NCBI GenBank assembly: GCA_964392465.1
Contig: CAYMPC010000001.1
Coordinates: 5,481 to 69,480 of the forward strand
DNA length: 64,000 bases
Origin: an uncultured Methanosarcinales archaeon
GTDB taxonomy: Archaea; Nanobdellota; Nanobdellia; Woesearchaeales; GW2011-AR15
Direction of reading: 5' to 3'
Each line of letters begins with the position of its first letter. Within the stretch, counting starts at the first letter, position 1. Positions 59,157-64,000 of the stretch are shown piece by piece. The notes beneath the pieces were generated by a model, which worked only from the letters and a program-made list of their open reading frames with translations, was not told the origin of the DNA and did no database searches. The translations under genes and the position numbers were made by a program.

Positions 59157-60311
59157 TTATTCTTTGTTTAATATCTCTTTTGCAGCATAAATAAACAATC
59201 CAGAGCTCCAAGCAAAGGGCATTTCTGATTTATAAATCAATCTTTTTACAGGCCTTCCTGTTTTTTCGTAGACTTCATAAACTCCCTTGTTTTCTATAAT
59301 TAAAGATGCAATTTTATCTAATATTTCTTTGCTTTCTTTTTCCATCTTTAACTTGTGTTTTGTCAATGCATTAATAGCGCCTAGCCAAAGCCAGGAAAGC
59401 CCATTATGATAATCTGATAAACCAATTAATCTTATTTGAAGCGATATTAGAGGATTAGGATAATAAGGGTGAACAGTTTTTGAGGGGATATCCTGAATAT
59501 CAAAAAGATGGGATGCCTCTTCAATATGCTTTGATTTTGAATAGTCAGCAATATCCCATAAAATAGCAAGAAGATTTCCATCTGTTGAAAAATAGTTATA
59601 TGTTTTTTCTTTATGAATCCAATCAATATAATGTTCTCCGCTCCAAAACACTTCATTAATCTTTTTTTTCACAAGCGCATGCTTTTCAAGAAATAACATC
59701 TCTTTTTTCTTATTTTTTAATATTCTATAAAGTTTGCTCATACACCTTAATGAATGACAATAGCAAACATTTGTGTACAATACTTTCCCTTTTTTTTTAA
59801 TACTATCTGCCCAATTACAATATTCTTCTTCCTCTATCAAATAATCATCATCTAAATCTTGCTGGATGGTCCATTCCATTATTTTTTCCATCTTATTTTT
59901 ATAATAATTTAAAAAAGCATAATCTCTTGTTTTTTTGACATATTCATATAATAAGATTATAAAAAGAGGATTTTGATCACAAGCGACTTTTTCTCCTTTA
60001 TCTATAAAATAAATTGGCTTTCTTTTGCTATCTTTTTTTTTTAATCCAAAATAAGAAAGAATAATACCCGAAGAAGTTTTTCCAATTCTCAAAGGAACTT
60101 GACCTTTTTTGTTTATATTATTAAAAAATAAGATAAGATTTCTTTTTACAATATCATAATCTTTTAAGCTTAGACAACCAAAACTTGCAAAAAAAGAATC
60201 TCTTGCCCAATAATCCTTAAAATGATTAAGGCCTGCAAAAATACCTTCTTCACCATAACAAGCTTTCAGATTATCCTTTGCAATGAGAATTGCCTTGTTC
60301 AAGTGGTTCAT
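59157..60311 (-). CDS. (alpha/alpha)6-barrel glycoside hydrolase (GDE_C/GH63-like)
   Basis: YWARDSFFASFG and acidic residues in the pattern of glycogen-debranching/GH63 C-terminal domains. Confidence 0.45.
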   Translation of the reverse strand: MNHLNKAILIAKDNLKACYGEEGIFAGLNHFKDYWARDSFFASFGCLSLKDYDIVKRNLILFFNNINKKGQVPLRIGKTSSGIILSYFGLKKKDSKRKPIYFIDKGEKVACDQNPLFIILLYEYVKKTRDYAFLNYYKNKMEKIMEWTIQQDLDDDYLIEEEEYCNWADSIKKKGKVLYTNVCYCHSLRCMSKLYRILKNKKKEMLFLEKHALVKKKINEVFWSGEHYIDWIHKEKTYNYFSTDGNLLAILWDIADYSKSKHIEEASHLFDIQDIPSKTVHPYYPNPLISLQIRLIGLSDYHNGLSWLWLGAINALTKHKLKMEKESKEILDKIASLIIENKGVYEVYEKTGRPVKRLIYKSEMPFAWSSGLFIYAAKEILNKE

Positions 60312-60411
60312 AAAATAGATTCAGGCAAGGTATTATATATTTTTTATGATAAAATTTATATATATAGTTAATCATATACTAGTTTAGGGATATATAGGGG
60401 GATTTTAATTT

Positions 60412-60675
60412 ATGGATGTCAAGGAACTCTTAGCATATCAAAATATGCTTCAAAAATCATTAAGAAAAGAAGAACAGACAGATAAAAAAATAGAATTATT
60501 AACAATTATTAACCATCTTACTTTTGGTCCTAGGAATATTGTCCAAAAGGAACAAATAATAATAGAAGCAATTAATCATGGTTTTACAGAAAAAGAAGTA
60601 GATCAATATCTTCATGAATTAATAAAAGAGAACATAATTTATGAATCTTCTCCAGGATTTATTAAAAAAAAATAG
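60412..60675 (+). CDS. small hypothetical protein
   Basis: 87 aa, helical. Confidence 0.3.
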   Translation: MDVKELLAYQNMLQKSLRKEEQTDKKIELLTIINHLTFGPRNIVQKEQIIIEAINHGFTEKEVDQYLHELIKENIIYESSPGFIKKK

Positions 60676-60683
60676 TAAAAACC

Positions 60684-60836
60684 TCAATTTTCGTCTTCTT
60701 CTTCAAACATATCTCCAGAACTGCATTTAGGGCATAAATACTCAGAATTATCAGTGCCTTCAATTGTAACTATCTTCATAACTCTGCCGCACTCAGCGCA
60801 CTTAACCTTTTCTTCTACATAATTTACTTCTGCCAT
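60684..60836 (-). CDS. small Zn-ribbon protein (50 aa) with acidic tail, not in ORF track
   Basis: Reverse-strand translation MAEVNYVEEKVKCAECGRVMKIVTIEGTDNSEYLCPKCSSGDMFEEEDEN. Clean ATG/TGA, CxxC...CxxC. Confidence 0.5.
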   Translation of the reverse strand: MAEVNYVEEKVKCAECGRVMKIVTIEGTDNSEYLCPKCSSGDMFEEEDEN

Positions 60837-60933
60837 TTTGACTCCAAAATAAGATTCTTTTTATAAATTTAAATGTTTTGCTTAATGTTTATAATAAGAA
60901 GAATTTTTAAAATTTATTAATTTATAAAAAAAT

Positions 60934-61800
60934 ATGAAAGTTTCTATTGGTATAATAACTTGTGAAAAAAACATTACTCCTTTGCTAAAAAGCATTAATT
61001 CTCAAAATTTGAGAAAGGTAATTGTTAGTGAAATAATTATTGTTTCCCTAAGAAAAAATAAAGATATATTCGAAAAGCAGGTTAAGGAAGAATGTGTAAA
61101 AACAACTCTTCTTTTTGAGGATTTTAGAAAAGGAAAGTATAGTGCGATAAATCTCTTCCTTAAACAAGCTAAAGAGGAAATACTTATACAATTAAGCGGA
61201 GATATAGTTCTTGATAAAAACTTTATTTATAATATAACCAAACCGCTAAAAAATAAAAAAGTTGGTATTGTTGGATCAAGACCAATCCCTTTAATTGAAA
61301 ATTCACCTTATTATCTTTCTTTTGCTACTCAACTTTTATGGAAGCTACATCATGATATATCAAAAAAGGAACCCAAATTTGGTGAAGCAATCAGTTTTAG
61401 AAACTTAATATCACATTTACCAAAAACAGCAGTGGATGAAGAAATGATAGCTTATTTAATAAAAGAGAAAGGATATCTGTCTGCATATTCAGAAAAGGCA
61501 ATAGTAATAAACAAACCTAAAAAAACACTTTCAGATTTTATACTTCAAAGAAGAAGGGTTTTTTGTGGTCATATGCAACTTTTTTATCAAAAAAACTATA
61601 AAGTTGCCACCTTAGATACTTATATTGTTTTTAAAAAATCATTAAAATACATAAATAGAAGAGATATTTTTTTCTTTCTAGTTTCTCTTTTTTTAGAGTT
61701 AAGTTCAAGAATATTTGGTTTTTTTGATTTTATTACTAAAAAAGATTATTCTATCTGGAAAATAAATGAGGACACTACATCTAACTCCTTTCCAAAATAG
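60934..61800 (+). CDS. putative GT-A-fold glycosyltransferase with C-terminal TM helix
   Basis: N-terminal VSIGIITCEKN resembles GT2 starts. No clear DxD. C-terminal hydrophobic helix. Confidence 0.35.
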   Translation: MKVSIGIITCEKNITPLLKSINSQNLRKVIVSEIIIVSLRKNKDIFEKQVKEECVKTTLLFEDFRKGKYSAINLFLKQAKEEILIQLSGDIVLDKNFIYNITKPLKNKKVGIVGSRPIPLIENSPYYLSFATQLLWKLHHDISKKEPKFGEAISFRNLISHLPKTAVDEEMIAYLIKEKGYLSAYSEKAIVINKPKKTLSDFILQRRRVFCGHMQLFYQKNYKVATLDTYIVFKKSLKYINRRDIFFFLVSLFLELSSRIFGFFDFITKKDYSIWKINEDTTSNSFPK

Positions 61801-63118
61801 AATAATGCTCGTTTTCTGTAATTTTATATTTTGATAAATCAAAGGTTATATTGTTTCTTTTATATTCGTTTTCGTGGATATTATATATTACAATAATGTT
61901 AGTATAATTAATTCTTTTTACATATTCTTTATCATTAAAATAAAAATAGTTCCTACACCCGACTTTTTCTGATCTAAAACAAACATATGGTTCCCACCCA
62001 AGCAATAGTATACTATCTTCCTTATATTTCTTTAGATTATAGCTTATTTCTTCCTGCATCTCTCTTGTTCGAGAATCAGAATAATCTATCCTATTTCCAT
62101 ATTTGCCAAAATTTAAATCAGGATATTGTAAAAATGAGAAAAATACATTTGTAATAAATATAATACCTATTATAAATAAGGTCATTTTTTTCTTTCTAGC
62201 TATTATGTTTGAAATTCCAATTGATGAAAATATAGCAAAAAAGGGTATGCAGGAAATAAAATAATGACCATATGCATTTGGAGCAAACCCTATTAAAAGA
62301 GATAGCGCAAATCCCATAATAACTTCTTTTTTAAATTTAATATCTAATCTTCTTAGTCCTAATATACTTAAAATAATAGTTCCAGAGAGTTGAGATAAAA
62401 ACATCAGCCAGTTTATTAAAGGAACATACACCATAGTTTGTAATCTATATAAAATAAATAAAACACCCTTCAAAAAATCTGAGCTAAAAATTAATAGGGT
62501 TATAAAAAGAAAAGAAAAAAAACTTATTAAAAAAAAAATATATTTATATTTTCTATTTAAAAAAAGATGATAAATTATAATAATTAAATTTATGATTAAA
62601 TTAAGTCTGGACATAACACTTAAAATTAAAAAAATTGCCGAGAAAAAGTAATTTACAGTTTTGTTACCTTTCTCTCTAATGAGAAAATAAAACCCAAAAA
62701 GAGTAAAGTGAAGTCCTATCGATTCTGACATTACAAAAAAATTTTCTAGATATGGAAGGTTGGATAAGATTACAAAAAATAAAGTAGATAACAGCGATCT
62801 TTTTTCCTCTTTAAAAATTATTTTAGTTATTTCATAAAAACTTATTATAGATAAAAAATAAAAAAAGTTATTGAAAAGTCTTATATAAAAAAAATCATTC
62901 CCAAAAAAATAGATAGGTATACTGTAGAAAATATAAGTCATTATAGGTTTTCTATCTGTGAATATGTCTTTTTTGTATAAGTTGTTATTATTAACATAAT
63001 TAACAGCAGCATTATATGCAAATTGACCTTCATCCCTTTCTATTAAAGAATCAATCCAAGCAAATCTCAAAACTAATCCAAATAATAATATCACTATAAA
63101 AATATTTTTTGTTTTCAT
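61781..63118 (-). CDS. polytopic membrane protein, GT-C-like (putative glycosyltransferase)
   Basis: About 11 TM helices, N-terminal loop RDEGQFAY (DE motif) as in GT-C enzymes. Confidence 0.4.
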   Translation of the reverse strand: MKTKNIFIVILLFGLVLRFAWIDSLIERDEGQFAYNAAVNYVNNNNLYKKDIFTDRKPIMTYIFYSIPIYFFGNDFFYIRLFNNFFYFLSIISFYEITKIIFKEEKRSLLSTLFFVILSNLPYLENFFVMSESIGLHFTLFGFYFLIREKGNKTVNYFFSAIFLILSVMSRLNLIINLIIIIYHLFLNRKYKYIFFLISFFSFLFITLLIFSSDFLKGVLFILYRLQTMVYVPLINWLMFLSQLSGTIILSILGLRRLDIKFKKEVIMGFALSLLIGFAPNAYGHYFISCIPFFAIFSSIGISNIIARKKKMTLFIIGIIFITNVFFSFLQYPDLNFGKYGNRIDYSDSRTREMQEEISYNLKKYKEDSILLLGWEPYVCFRSEKVGCRNYFYFNDKEYVKRINYTNIIVIYNIHENEYKRNNITFDLSKYKITENEHYSILERS

Positions 63119-63273
63119 TTAAGTAATAGGGGTTTCTATTTTTTACTTTGTTATTATTTATTTTTTTATTCTTTTTATTTTTTATTAAGTTTCTTCTATT
63201 AATTTTTATTACATAAATATAGTTTTAAAAAATTATATAAAATAAAGATTAATCCTTTTTAAAGGTGAGTATA

Positions 63274-63984
63274 ATGGCAGAAGCACTATATATGGAAGAT
63301 TCCTACCTTAAAGAATTTGATGCAAAGATAAAATCAGCAAAAGGTAAATATATTGTTCTTGACAAAACAGCTTTTTTCCCCAAAGGAGGAGGAGTGGAAT
63401 ATGATACAGGTGTTATGATTAGAAAAAGCGACAACAAAGAATTCAAAGTAGTGTATACAGGTAAGTTTGAAGGAGAGATAAGCCATGAGGTTGATTCAGA
63501 AGGTCTTCATGAGGGAGAAGAAGTATATTGTAGACTTAATTGGGATAGGAGATATTTATTAATGAGATACCATACTGCAGCACATGTATTAAGTGGTGTT
63601 TTTAACAGAGAATATCATCTTATGATGACAGGAAACCAATTGACTACAGAAAAAGGAAGAATAGATATGGATATGGAAGAAATGAACCTTGATACAATTA
63701 AAGAAGGTTTTGCAAAGGCAAATGAACTTGTGCATGAGGATCTTCCGGTTGAAGTTTATTATTTGAAAAGAGCAGAAGCAGAAAAAGATCCTAAGTTATT
63801 TAAACTAGCCATTGGTTTTCCGCACGAAATTCAAACAATAAGAATAGTTGATATAAAAGGATTTGATGCGCAAGCAGACGGAGGTTGTCATGTTAGAAGT
63901 TTAAAAGAGATTGGCAGAATTGTTTTTCAGGAGGCAGTAAATAAAGGTAAAAATAATAGAAGAGTGTATTTTACAGTTGACTAA
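63274..63984 (+). CDS. alaX: AlaX-M-type alanyl-tRNA editing protein
   Basis: Zinc motifs HTAAHVL (HxxxH) and GGCHV (CxxxH). ATG 63274 with AAAGGTGA ribosome-binding site (track began at GTG 63265). Confidence 0.8.
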   Translation: MAEALYMEDSYLKEFDAKIKSAKGKYIVLDKTAFFPKGGGVEYDTGVMIRKSDNKEFKVVYTGKFEGEISHEVDSEGLHEGEEVYCRLNWDRRYLLMRYHTAAHVLSGVFNREYHLMMTGNQLTTEKGRIDMDMEEMNLDTIKEGFAKANELVHEDLPVEVYYLKRAEAEKDPKLFKLAIGFPHEIQTIRIVDIKGFDAQADGGCHVRSLKEIGRIVFQEAVNKGKNNRRVYFTVD

Positions 63985-64000
63985 CTAACTAAATTAAAAA

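Noticed and set aside
1-64000. Search for rRNA, integrases, transposases, toxin-antitoxin or restriction-modification/defence cassettes
   Set aside because: No convincing candidates were seen. The MTase at 14113..14955 lacks a partner nuclease and looks like an RNA methyltransferase. Hef is a repair enzyme, not a defence enzyme.

Overview
This is a low-GC (about 30%) archaeal chromosomal segment with compact genes. It is almost certainly from a small-genome DPANN-type archaeon (Woesearchaeota/Pacearchaeota-like). The basis is the archaeal information-processing markers (L14e, L34e, uS2, aIF5B, aEF-1beta plus its Zn-ribbon partner, Trm1, Hef helicase-nuclease, RadB, NAC, Cdc48, RIO kinase, deoxyhypusine synthase, AlaX, and an RNase P RNA I identified by eye), GGAGG/GGTG-like ribosome-binding sites, and very few biosynthetic genes. 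I see no rRNA, no convincing tRNA, no CRISPR and no integrase or transposase, so this looks like core chromosome rather than a mobile island. Noteworthy content: (i) a minimal two-subunit [NiFe]-hydrogenase with its maturation protease, a nearby FNR-like reductase, a membrane thioredoxin-fold protein and a ThiF-like E1; (ii) several glycosylation modules (GT2/GT4, and a GT2 + flippase-like + GT-C trio); (iii) a cell-surface locus with a 713-aa cysteine-rich secreted protein carrying thrombospondin-type-3-like Ca-binding repeats, a Myxococcus-type Cys-rich repeat and a CARDB-like domain, followed by a C-terminally anchored S-layer-like protein; (iv) a secreted two-HKD phospholipase-D-family protein, a secreted Lon-protease-domain protein without an ATPase, and an ABC exporter with a YhgE/Pip-like ectodomain beside a membrane-tethered ArsR regulator; (v) several orphan gene sets: two large adjacent unknowns, a paralogous pair beside a MinD-like ATPase, and a palindromic CATTATAA repeat array. 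Coordinates of starts were refined by eye where the ORF track used GTG/TTG starts.
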